Positions 37,897-48,505 of a DNA stretch of 64,000 nucleotides are shown in pieces. Both the position numbers and the translations under genes were made by a program. Source of the stretch: an uncultured Blautia sp. Lineage in GTDB: Bacteria; Bacillota; Clostridia; Lachnospirales; Lachnospiraceae. How positions within the stretch are numbered: the stretch's first letter is position 1; every line of letters begins with the position of its first letter. A model generated the notes under the pieces. That model saw only the letters and a list, made by a program, of their open reading frames with translations. It made no database searches and was not told the origin of the DNA. The stretch spans positions 61,046 through 125,045 of the forward strand of contig UQLX01000001.1 in assembly GCA_900541985.1 (NCBI GenBank), written 5' to 3'.

Positions 37897-39687
37897 ATGA
37901 AGATTACAGATGACATCTTGTATGTGGGTGTGAACGATCATGATGTGGATCTCTTTGAGGGACAATATGTAGTGCCAAATGGAATGGCCTATAATTCTTA
38001 TGTGATCAAAGACGAAAAAATTGCGGTTATGGATACAGTAGACGCAAGATTTACTCATGAATGGCTGGACAACATTGCAAAGGTTCTCGGAAATGCGAAA
38101 CCAGATTATCTGATCGTACAGCATATGGAGCCGGACCATGCTGCAAATATTGAAAACTTCATGAAGGTCTATCCGGATACCACAATTGTAGCAAATGCAA
38201 AAACATTTGTAATGATGCAGAACTTCTTCCGCAATATGAGACTGGAGGGAAGAACTCTTGAGGTTGGAAACGGAGAGTCCCTGACTCTTGGAAAACATGT
38301 GCTTACTTTTGTATTTGCACCTATGGTACACTGGCCGGAGGTTATGGTTACCTATGACAGCACAGATAAGGTTCTTTTCTCCGCAGATGGTTTCGGCAAG
38401 TTCGGAGCTCTCGATGTGGAAGAGGACTGGGATGATGAAGCACGTCGCTACTATATTGGAATTGTGGGTAAATACGGCGCTCAGGTACAGAAGCTTCTGA
38501 AGGTGGCAGCTACCCTGGACATTCAGACAATCTGCCCGCTTCATGGACCGGTACTTACAGAAAATCTGGGACACTATATTGAGAAATATGATATCTGGTC
38601 CTCTTATAAGCCGGAAAGTGAAGGTGTTGTGATCGCCTATACATCTGTTTACGGAAATACCAAAAAAGCAGTAAATATTCTGTCAGAAAAACTGAAAGAA
38701 AAAGGCTGCCCGGTTGTTAAAGTATTTGATCTTGCAAGAAATGATATGGCAGAGGCTGTATCCAGTGCTTTCCGCTATAATAAGCTGGTACTGGCAACCA
38801 CTACCTACAATGCAGAGCTGTATCCTTTCATGCGTGAATTTATCGATCATCTGACAGAGCGAAACTATCAGAACCGTACCATTGGTCTGATTGAGAACGG
38901 AAGCTGGGCTCCTCTGGCTGCAAAGATCATGAAGGGTGAATTTGAAAAGAGCAAAAATATTACCTGGCTGAACAGCGCAGTAAAGATCCTGTCTTCCGTA
39001 AGTGACGAAAATATGGAGCAGCTGGAAGCAATGGCAGAGGAACTGTGCAGAGAATATGTGGCACAGTCTGAAACTGCAAATAAAAAAGACATGACAGCAC
39101 TGTTTAAAATCGGATATGGTCTGTATGTTGTAACTTCCAATGATGGAAACAAGGATAACGGACTGATCGTAAATACAGTTACACAGCTTACAGATAATCC
39201 CTATCGTGTTGCTGTCAACATTAACAAAGAGAATTATTCTCATCATGTGATCAAGCAGACGGGTGTTATGAATGTAAACTGTCTGTCTGTAGAGGCTCCT
39301 TTTGAAATTTTCCAGAGATTTGGCTTCCAGAGTGGACGTCAGGCTGACAAATTTGAAGGTATGGAGAAGCTCCACTCCGATAACGGACTGGTATTCCTTC
39401 CGAAATATATCAATGCATTTATGTCTCTGAAGGTAGAGCAGTATGTGGATCTGGGAACTCATGGCATGTTTATTTGTTCTGTAACAGAAGCAAGGGTAAT
39501 GAGTGATAAGGATACCATGACTTATACCTACTATCAGAAAAATGTAAAACCGAAGCCTCAGACAGAAGGAAAGAAGGGCTTTGTATGTAAGGTCTGCGGA
39601 TTTATCTATGAGGGAGATGAACTCCCGGATGATTATATCTGTCCGCTTTGCAAGCATGGTGTTGCTGATTTTGAACCGATTGAATAA
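37897..39687 (+). CDS. multidomain flavodiiron protein: diiron metallo-beta-lactamase-like + flavodoxin + flavin-reductase-like + rubredoxin
   Basis: 'VQHMEPDHA' diiron site, 'VVIAYTSVYGNTKK' flavodoxin, 'GLYVVTSNDGNKDNGLIVNTVTQL' flavin-reductase fold, and C-terminal 'CKVCGFIY...CPLCKHG' rubredoxin. Confidence 0.85.
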   Translation: MKITDDILYVGVNDHDVDLFEGQYVVPNGMAYNSYVIKDEKIAVMDTVDARFTHEWLDNIAKVLGNAKPDYLIVQHMEPDHAANIENFMKVYPDTTIVANAKTFVMMQNFFRNMRLEGRTLEVGNGESLTLGKHVLTFVFAPMVHWPEVMVTYDSTDKVLFSADGFGKFGALDVEEDWDDEARRYYIGIVGKYGAQVQKLLKVAATLDIQTICPLHGPVLTENLGHYIEKYDIWSSYKPESEGVVIAYTSVYGNTKKAVNILSEKLKEKGCPVVKVFDLARNDMAEAVSSAFRYNKLVLATTTYNAELYPFMREFIDHLTERNYQNRTIGLIENGSWAPLAAKIMKGEFEKSKNITWLNSAVKILSSVSDENMEQLEAMAEELCREYVAQSETANKKDMTALFKIGYGLYVVTSNDGNKDNGLIVNTVTQLTDNPYRVAVNINKENYSHHVIKQTGVMNVNCLSVEAPFEIFQRFGFQSGRQADKFEGMEKLHSDNGLVFLPKYINAFMSLKVEQYVDLGTHGMFICSVTEARVMSDKDTMTYTYYQKNVKPKPQTEGKKGFVCKVCGFIYEGDELPDDYICPLCKHGVADFEPIE

Positions 39688-39724
39688 AAATCAGAAAAAC
39701 AATATTTTATAACTCATATAAGAA

Positions 39725-39759
39725 CAGCCCTGGAAAGAAAACTTTCCGGGGCTGTTTTA
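39725..39759 (+). terminator. intrinsic terminator of the flavodiiron gene
   Basis: 13-bp stem CAGCCCTGGAAAG / CTTTCCGGGGCTG (one G-U pair), followed by TTTT. Confidence 0.7.
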
Positions 39760-39846
39760 CGGACAGCTCCGGAAAAAATTCTTTTCCCGAAGTTTATGAT
39801 ATGCTAAAATAAAGACAGGATGAGGAAGCGCAGAGGAGGAGAAATA

Positions 39847-40125
39847 ATGGAAATACCGGAAATGCTTGATGAACTGAAACAGAAAGCCCTGAAAGATAAG
39901 GTGCTTCGCAGAGAGCTTATGGACACCAGAAAAGAGGATCAGCCTCTTGCTGCATTCTGCCGGAAATGCCGGGAACTGGGATATCCTGTATATGAAATGG
40001 ATCTGATCAGCGCCGGAGAGGATTTTTATGCGACGATGAGGCGAAGCACCAACGGCGGTGGAGAAAATTCTCCCATGCTGGAAGGTGAAGATGATTTTTA
40101 CGAGCTGTTTTTTGCCGGATTATAA
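39847..40125 (+). CDS. small acidic protein, Nif11-like N-terminal domain (tentative)
   Basis: ATG at 39847 follows GGAGGAG. 'MLDELKQKALKDKVLRRELMD...AFCRKCRELGY' resembles Nif11-type domains (from memory). Confidence 0.4.
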   Translation: MEIPEMLDELKQKALKDKVLRRELMDTRKEDQPLAAFCRKCRELGYPVYEMDLISAGEDFYATMRRSTNGGGENSPMLEGEDDFYELFFAGL

Positions 40126-40148
40126 AATTGAAAACGGAGGAAAGAAAA

Positions 40149-40823
40149 TTGAAAAGCAACAGGAGTTTTACATTTGATGAGCTTCTTACCGGAAATCGAT
40201 CAGAGGAGTTTATCGAATCGGCCTATCCTTTTATGAAACTGATGATGCAGTATCAGTGTGCTATGCTGGAAGTACGGACAAAATTTGAGGTCCTGAATAC
40301 AGAACTGTCTCTGGACAGCGACAGAAATCCGATCGAGTCTATTTCCTGCCGTATTAAAAAGCCTATAAGTATTGCAGAAAAACTGAAGCGTAAGGGATTG
40401 GATGTAAGCCTTCAGAGTATAGAAGAAAACCTTCATGATGTGGCAGGTATCCGTGTTGTATGTTCTTTTCCAAAGGATATTTACAAGCTTGCAGACAAGA
40501 TCTGTTCCCAGGATGACATTCATTTGCTGGAAAAGAAAGATTATATTGCAAATCCCAAACCAAACGGATATCGAAGCCTTCATCTGATCCTGGAGGTTCC
40601 TGTGTTTTTTGCCAACGAAAAGAAATGGATGCCGGTGGAAGTACAGTTTCGTACCATTGCCATGGATTTCTGGGCGAGTATTGAACACAAAGTAAAATAT
40701 AAGAAAAACATTGATGATTCAACTGCGGAGATCGCAGAAAAACTGAAAGAATGTGCGGAAGGAATTCACTCTCTGGATCTTCGGATGCAGGAGATCAGTG
40801 AATATATTGACAGTAGAAAATAA
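40149..40823 (+). CDS. small alarmone synthetase (RelQ/RelP-type GTP pyrophosphokinase)
   Basis: 'DVAGIRVVCSF', 'PKPNGYRSLHLI', 'VEVQFRTIAMDFWASIEHK'. Probable TTG start at 40149, 8 nt after GGAGG (the alternative start is TTG at 40128). Confidence 0.85.
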   Translation: MKSNRSFTFDELLTGNRSEEFIESAYPFMKLMMQYQCAMLEVRTKFEVLNTELSLDSDRNPIESISCRIKKPISIAEKLKRKGLDVSLQSIEENLHDVAGIRVVCSFPKDIYKLADKICSQDDIHLLEKKDYIANPKPNGYRSLHLILEVPVFFANEKKWMPVEVQFRTIAMDFWASIEHKVKYKKNIDDSTAEIAEKLKECAEGIHSLDLRMQEISEYIDSRK

Positions 40824-41026
40824 ATTCCGGAGATATCCATATTTTTACGCCCTGCGGAGGCCGTGGAAATTGTGCGAAGTGTAAGGTAAGAATACTGAAA
40901 GGAGAAGCCAGGATCAACACCATGGATCGGATCTGGTTTTCTCAGAAGGAACTGGAGGAAGGATACCGGCTTGGATGTCAGGTATTTGCCAAAGAACCGC
41001 TGACTATAGAAATATATGAAAAGTGA
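40817..41026 (+). pseudogene. 5'-truncated plant-type [2Fe-2S] ferredoxin-domain remnant
   Basis: An open frame with no ATG/GTG/TTG start upstream of the Cys cluster: '...GDIHIFTPCGGRGNCAKCKVRILKGEARINTMDRIWFSQKELEEGYRLGCQVFAKEPLTIEIYEK*'. The first roughly 30 aa of the domain are absent. Confidence 0.5.
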
Positions 41027-41036
41027 GGGCGGCTAA

Positions 41037-41651
41037 ATGAAAATAATACGAATGAGCATGCTTGCAGTGTGTATGGCAGCATTGACAGGATGTGTACAGA
41101 TGGGACCTCATACGCTGCCAAAGGAGCAGGTAGTTCCCTATGAACTTTCGGAGCGTGAGACACAGCTTCTGGAAGCTTTTGGAATGGATCAAAATTCGCA
41201 GATTATATCTTTCTGTGCTCCGGAAACTGCCATTACAGTCACTGCCAGGGTTTATAGACTGAAAGAGGATCACACCTGGGAGACCATAGGGGACGGTTCT
41301 ATGTCTATTGGAAAAGAAAAAGAACCTGTGGGGCAGATCTCAGGAACCTTTACCATGCAGATACAAGATGACCGCAGCATAGATTTCCACATAAATATGG
41401 CCGGGCAGGGAGCTTTTTCCACAAAAGATATCGGGAAAAACCAGGAATATACAATTGAAGGAAAGGCTTTTTTGAAGGAAGCTCAGAAAATTGAGCTGGA
41501 TAAGGAAATTCCGGTATCAGTACTGGTTTATGACAATGGAAACAGTATGAGAAGTTATACCACTGAGGATTATTTTGAACCGGAAAAATTTAAAGATATG
41601 GATCTGGTACAGGCAGTGACACTGGAATTTTCGGATCAGGAGATTCACTGA
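41037..41651 (+). CDS. lipoprotein, unknown function
   Basis: Signal peptide with the lipobox 'AALTGC'. Confidence 0.7.
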   Translation: MKIIRMSMLAVCMAALTGCVQMGPHTLPKEQVVPYELSERETQLLEAFGMDQNSQIISFCAPETAITVTARVYRLKEDHTWETIGDGSMSIGKEKEPVGQISGTFTMQIQDDRSIDFHINMAGQGAFSTKDIGKNQEYTIEGKAFLKEAQKIELDKEIPVSVLVYDNGNSMRSYTTEDYFEPEKFKDMDLVQAVTLEFSDQEIH

Positions 41652-41672
41652 AACGGAGACAAAACAAAAAGG

Positions 41673-42254
41673 TCAGGCTGCCTGACCTTTTTGTTTTGCC
41701 TTACAGATTAACTGTGTCATAGTACCCATGGGGCAGTAGACACACCAGCTTCTAGGCTTAAAGAGAACCATAGTGAAAAAACCAAGGATGGTAGAAGTCA
41801 GCATGACACTGTAAAAGCCAAAGGCAAACTGAGCCACACCCGGGTGAAGGAGGGACCCGTGATATGCCCAGTGCCAGGGAACCTTAAAGGTCCACAATAA
41901 AGTTACCACCTGCTTCAGATCCTGCACATTGGAGAATACCAGCCAGGTATTCCACAGCATCTGGAAGAACATAATAAAAAAGAAAATCAAAAATCCATAA
42001 CGAAACCATTTGTTTTTCATCCATTTTGGAATATCTTTTTTGCGGGAAATTCCGAAATTGCCGCCTAACAAACTGAAAAGCTGGCCTCTTCCGCAGTAGC
42101 GGTTACAGTAGCCTTTTGTTCCCTTTGCCACGGAGATGATCAGAGGGATAAAAAAACAGAAAAGTCCCAGCCAGGCAAACAGGATATTAAAAAATCCCAG
42201 TACCAGATATGTCAGAGATAAAATCCAAAGATAATCATACCAGTGTTTTTTCAT
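41673..42254 (-). CDS. membrane protein with NapH-like Cys motifs (4Fe-4S-binding membrane protein family)
   Basis: The ATG at 42254 overlaps the stop of the upstream ferredoxin. 'YCNRYCGRGQ' and 'WCVYCPMGT'. About 5 TM helices. Confidence 0.55.
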   Translation of the reverse strand: MKKHWYDYLWILSLTYLVLGFFNILFAWLGLFCFFIPLIISVAKGTKGYCNRYCGRGQLFSLLGGNFGISRKKDIPKWMKNKWFRYGFLIFFFIMFFQMLWNTWLVFSNVQDLKQVVTLLWTFKVPWHWAYHGSLLHPGVAQFAFGFYSVMLTSTILGFFTMVLFKPRSWCVYCPMGTMTQLICKAKQKGQAA

Positions 42255-42463
42255 GCTTCCGCCTCCTGTATCACGATCACAGATGCGGGACATTCTTTTG
42301 CACATTTGCCGCATCCAATACATCTTTCCATATCGACTCTTGCCATAATCCCATGCCATATTTCGAGGGCATTCCTGGGACATACCTTCAGACAGCTGCC
42401 GCAGGCAACACAGTCGTCAGCGCTGACAAAGGCTTTTTTCTTTTTTCTGCTCTTTTTTTCCAC
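42251..42463 (-). CDS. 2x[4Fe-4S] ferredoxin
   Basis: The GTG at 42463 lies 7 nt after GGAGG. 'CVACGSCLKVCP' and 'CIGCGKCAKECP'. Confidence 0.75.
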   Translation of the reverse strand: MEKKSRKKKKAFVSADDCVACGSCLKVCPRNALEIWHGIMARVDMERCIGCGKCAKECPASVIVIQEAEA

Positions 42464-42666
42464 AGTGAGACCTCCTGAAATTTGATAAAAACAGTATAGC
42501 ACAGGTGCGGAAAGGAGTCTGTGAGTTTGTCACAGACGGTAATATAGTTTGAATGGTATATCGATTGTGCATTTTGCACATATTTTGAAAAATAATCTGA
42601 TGACCTATTGACTTTTTGAATAATTAATGGTATATATATTATAGTTTTATAGTTGCAGAGAGACGA

Positions 42667-42712
42667 GAGACAATGCAATGAACACGAAGTGTTTTTTGTG
42701 TTGTCTTTTTTG
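42667..42712 (+). promoter_or_regulatory. terminator-like hairpin plus U-run inside the 5' leader of the Ldh_2 gene (possible attenuator)
   Basis: Outer stem GAGACAA/TTGTCTT, inner stems CAA..AACAC-GAA-GTGTT..TTG, then TTTTTT. It lies between a TTGACT-N17-TATATA promoter and the RBS. Confidence 0.35.
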
Positions 42713-42734
42713 TTATGTTAAGGAGGATTTTATT

Positions 42735-43853
42735 ATGCAGAAAGAAACAAGACCTTTTATTCCGTGGGAACTGGTAGACGATTTTATGACAGCAGTTTTT
42801 GTAAAACTGGGACTGCCGGAGGACGACGCCCGTCTTTGCTCAGATGTTTTGATGCAAAGTGACAAATGGGGAATAGAAAGTCACGGCTGTAATCGCTTTA
42901 AACCGATTTATGTGGATCGTATCCGTAAGGGAATCCTGAATCCGGTCACAAAAATAGATGTTTTGAAAGAAACACCAACTACAGCAGTTCTGGATGCCAA
43001 TGACGGTATGGGAATGGTAGCCAGTAAGAAAGCGATGGATATGTGTATTGAAAAAGCACATAAATATGGCATGGGAATGGTGGCAGTAAGAAATTCTTCT
43101 CATTATGGGATTGCAGGCTACTGGGCGAATCTTGCTGCAAAAGAAAATATGATCGGAATTACCGGAACGAATGCAAGGCCATCCATTGCTCCTACTTTTG
43201 GTGTGGAAAACATGATGGGAACCAATCCCCTGACCTTTGCAATGCCTACGGATGAAGAATTCCCGTTTTTGCTGGACTGTGCAACGTCTATTATCCAGAA
43301 TGGCAAAATTGAGTATTATGCCAGAATCGGCAAAGATACACCGGCAGGAATGGTAATTGGAAGAGATGGTTCTACACTGACAGACAGTGCACAGATCCTG
43401 AAAGATCTTCGCAGCGGAAATGCGGCTCTGGCTCCTCTGGGAGGTATCGGTGAGACCCTTGCCGGATATAAAGGCTATGGATATGCTGCTGTTGTGGAAA
43501 TTCTTTCTGCTGCTTTGCAGTCCGGCATTTTCCTGAAAGACCTGGACGGAAAGGATGAAAACGGAAATCTGCGACCGTATCATTTGGGACATTTCTTTAT
43601 TGCGATCGATACAGATGCGTTTATGGGAGCTGAGGCATTTAAAAAGACAGCAGGAGATATTTTGAGAAAGCTGAGAGATTCTCAGAAGGCACCTGGACAG
43701 GATCGTATTTATACAGCAGGAGAAAAGGAACATGATGTATGGATGTACCGGAAGGACAAAGGTATTCCTGTAACAGAGGCTGTACAGAAGGAATTTATAC
43801 AGTTGAGAGATGAACTGGGATTGACAGAATTCAGTTTTCCTTTTGAGGCATAA
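42735..43853 (+). CDS. Ldh_2 family (malate/L-lactate/ureidoglycolate-type) oxidoreductase
   Basis: ATG at 42735 follows AAGGAGG. 'GIESHGCNRF', 'VRNSSHYGIAGYWA', 'APLGG..GYKGYG'. Confidence 0.85.
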   Translation: MQKETRPFIPWELVDDFMTAVFVKLGLPEDDARLCSDVLMQSDKWGIESHGCNRFKPIYVDRIRKGILNPVTKIDVLKETPTTAVLDANDGMGMVASKKAMDMCIEKAHKYGMGMVAVRNSSHYGIAGYWANLAAKENMIGITGTNARPSIAPTFGVENMMGTNPLTFAMPTDEEFPFLLDCATSIIQNGKIEYYARIGKDTPAGMVIGRDGSTLTDSAQILKDLRSGNAALAPLGGIGETLAGYKGYGYAAVVEILSAALQSGIFLKDLDGKDENGNLRPYHLGHFFIAIDTDAFMGAEAFKKTAGDILRKLRDSQKAPGQDRIYTAGEKEHDVWMYRKDKGIPVTEAVQKEFIQLRDELGLTEFSFPFEA

Positions 43854-43906
43854 AAGAGAGAATGACAGAAAGTTGAGAGGAAGAGTATCTGGTTTATGTA
43901 AAATAA

Positions 43907-45430
<1,524 letters not shown>

Positions 45431-45489
45431 GACAAAAATCACCTAATTAATACTTATTAAACACAACACATTATATTATACTGTAAAAA

Positions 45490-45876
45490 ATGAATCCGAA
45501 AAAGAAATTTTTGCAGGTAATCAAAATCGAAGTAAACGGTCAGGTGATACGTGACATATCAAATGAAAAAGACTCCGTTTATCAGGGACTCAGTGTCGTA
45601 GAAACGGGGGCTGCATCGGGAGAAGAAAAAGAGGTGAACAGAAATCTGTTTGAACTGGATGAACTTCAAATAAAAGAATTTGAGGAAATAGGAGTAGTTT
45701 TCGGAATTATAGAAGTGACAGGAGATAAAAACAATCCTATGGAAAGACGGTACAGTGAAATCGCTTGTACAGATACGATTCCCGTAAAAACACCCAAAGG
45801 GGATGCGGCAGAAGATTCGATGAACGAATGTGGAGTGACCGGGGAACAGATGGAGCTTCTGAATACAGCGTATTGA
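45490..45876 (+). CDS. hypothetical protein (AT-rich, no recognisable domain)
   Basis: Open reading frame only. It lies in an AT-rich stretch that starts right after glpK. Confidence 0.3.
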   Translation: MNPKKKFLQVIKIEVNGQVIRDISNEKDSVYQGLSVVETGAASGEEKEVNRNLFELDELQIKEFEEIGVVFGIIEVTGDKNNPMERRYSEIACTDTIPVKTPKGDAAEDSMNECGVTGEQMELLNTAY

Positions 45877-46501
45877 TGAAACGCCTGTTCATAAGGCTGT
45901 GAGAGAAGCTTTTGTAAATCAGATCATACATGCAGATTATCTCCCTGATGCGGGTACATTAAAAGTAATCAAGCGCTCGAATGAATTTGAATTTACGAAT
46001 CCGGGAATCTTAAAACTTCCTGTGGAAGATATTTATCGTGGCGGTAATTCAAAATCAAGGAATCCACGTATGCAGACGATGTTGAGAATGGTAGGATTTG
46101 GGGACAATGCCGGTTCCGGATTCCCAGCGATTCTTGCTACATGGAAAAATGCAGGGTGGATAGAACCTGTGTTGGAAGAGGATACTGGATTAAATCAGGT
46201 GACTCTGACGCTAAAAATGATTTCCAAGTCGCAGGAAGTACAAGGAAACTCTAATCCAGAATCAATAGAAACGGCAGAAAAATTGACAGATAAAACCGTA
46301 GGATTAGAAGTAAATTTATCAGATCGTCATAAACAAATCTTGTCTCTCATGGATACAAATGTAGAGTATAGTGCGGAAGAAATTGCAGAGTTTATTGGTC
46401 TGAAAGGCTCAAGAACAAGACAATTGTTAAAAGAACTGGCTGATAAAGGAAAAATATGCTTTACAGCAGCAACGAAAAATCGAAAATATAAAAAAATATA
46501 G
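45863..46501 (+). pseudogene. 5'-truncated fragment of a COG2865-type ATP-binding/transcriptional-regulator gene (the AlbA_2 N-domain is missing)
   Basis: The frame opens right after the TGA at 45860-45862, with no upstream start. 'ETPVHKAVREAFVNQIIHADY', 'GGNSKSRNPRMQTMLRMVGFGDNAGSGFP', and a C-terminal wHTH. Confidence 0.55.
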
Positions 46502-46572
46502 AAAAGTAAGAAATTCGTTCAAAAAATAAAGGCTCATAATCACCGTTGATAGGAGATTGTGAGCCTGTTCTA

Positions 46573-47067
46573 TTATTGAGAAGGAGAAGTACGCCATTTC
46601 TTATGTGGGTCATATTTTCCACAACCATCACAAGTCTGTGGCCAGTTGATTTTCCATTCAAAATACTTATCTCTGGTAATCACACCGGATTTCAGTTCAT
46701 CCATCCGAACCACCCATTCTTTCAGAAAATCATTCAGAACCCCATAATTAAACCACATACAGACAGGAGCATGGGCAGGCCAGCTATCGTTATCATGGTA
46801 GTAAACGGAAGTGTCTGCTACTTCATTGCATTTTTCACCAGGAAATTTCCGAGGAAGAAACAGGTGCAGGGCAGATGGATTAAATTCATCCAGCCAGAAA
46901 TGATTATTGGAAGACGTGTTCTTTATAACGTGGATAAGATAAAAAAATATCTTGATGCAATGGCAGTGTAATGAAAGATGAGAAGATAAAATACAACAAC
47001 TTTCCTTCGGAATGAAAAGTAAAAAAGGGAAAATATTCCTGTAAAACAGGCAAATAAAAATTAGCAT
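46573..47067 (-). pseudogene. probable gene fragment (only the C-terminal roughly 105 codons look protein-like)
   Basis: The distal part, 'HFWLDEFNPS...WPQTCDGCGKYDPHKKW', has normal composition. The N-terminal 55 codons are AT-rich low-complexity with no RBS. Confidence 0.3.
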
Positions 47068-47202
47068 TTTGCAGGAATTTACCCTTGGAAATCATAAAAT
47101 ATTATGTTAATCTGTGAGCAGATATCAGACAGTATATGACTGATACCGTCAGGACAAAAATCATTCCGAATAACGAAAAATAAAGTGAAAGGAATGATTG
47201 AT

Positions 47203-48426
47203 ATGGCAAGAAAAGATAATAAAGGCAGAAATTTAAAAACAGGTGAATATCAGCGTCCGGATGGACGTTATGAGTATCGCTACAAGGATGAAATTACCGG
47301 AAAACGTAATTCGGTTTATGCAGCTGATCTGGCGAGTCTGCGAGAAATGGAAAAGAAGATCAATAAGGATATGGATGATCTGCTTATTACAGATTCATCA
47401 GTCAAGAAGCTGACCGTAAATACGTTGTTTGAGCGATACATGGCAACAAAGAATATCAAGGAAAGAACGAAAAAGAATTATATACGTATGTGGGATTATC
47501 GGATACGAAATACTTTGGGAAATATTCGTGTTTTGGATTTTAAGACATCTCACGTAAGAACGTTCTTTTCCGCATTGTCAGATGAAGGACTGGCACACAG
47601 TACAATCAAAGGTCTTTATGGCTTATTGAATCCCAGTTTTGAACTGGCAGTGGAAGATGGGATTATCCGCAAGAATCCGGTAACAGGAACACTTGGAGAT
47701 TATGGGACTCCGGCAAAGGAGAAAGAAGCACTGACGCTGGAGCAGCAGGAAAAACTTCTGAAGTTTGTGGAACAGAGTAATGTGTATAAGCCTCATCTTC
47801 CAATGATGCAGGTTATGTTTGGGGCTTGCCTGAGAGTGAGTGAAACCATCGGATTAACCTGGTCAGATGTGGATATGAAGAATCGGGAGATTCATGTAGG
47901 TGGACAGCTTGTGTATTATGAAGGTGATGAAGGATATTGTTTCCATGATTCAGAAACCAAAACGGATGCAGGAATCAGAAATATTCCTATGACACAGATG
48001 GTATATGATGCGTTCCGTAAGCAGAGAGAACTGAACCTAATGCTTGGTTTACAGAGTAATGTAGAGATAGGTGGACGCAGTGGATTCATCTTCAATACAA
48101 AGCATGGACGTCCGATTATGCCGGCGGGAGTGAACAGCTTTCTGAAAAACATTGTTAATGCCTATAATAAGAAAGAAAGCAAACTGGCAGAAGAAGAGAA
48201 GCGAGAGCCGGAGCTGATGCCGCCCATTTCATCGCATACCCTTCGTCATACGGGATGTACCAGATTGGGTGAGAACAATGTCAATCCCAAAGTTATGCAG
48301 TATGTGATGGGTCACTCAGATGCACAGATCACAATGAATGTCTACAATCATATTGCAGAGAAGTCTCACGTGGAGAATGAGATGTCTAAAATGAACCTGC
48401 CGGAAACTGTACCTGCTGTGGTATAA
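47203..48426 (+). mobile_element. int: tyrosine site-specific recombinase (phage/ICE integrase family)
   Basis: N-terminal arm-binding 'ARKDNKGRNLKTGEYQRPDGRYEYRY'. Catalytic 'LRVSET' (Arg), 'HTLRHTG' (HxxR), 'GHSD...NVYNH' (His, Tyr). Confidence 0.9.
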
Positions 48427-48437
48427 ACCATAAGTTG

Positions 48438-48505
48438 TTGTCGTAAAATGTGGTAAGAAAATCAGACGAATATATTTTTCCAAAGATTTGTCGTAAAAAT
48501 GTGGT
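48438..48505 (+). repeat. two direct repeats TTGTCGTAAAA(A)TGTGGT downstream of int (candidate arm-type or att-proximal sites)
   Basis: Copies at 48438-48454 and 48488-48505. They differ by one extra A. Confidence 0.5.

Noticed and set aside
40128-40823. The alarmone synthetase as a toxSAS toxin.
   Set aside because: Its length (about 225 aa), its N-terminal helix and its catalytic motifs align well with B. subtilis RelQ/RelP-type housekeeping SAS. It is kept only as a low-priority question.
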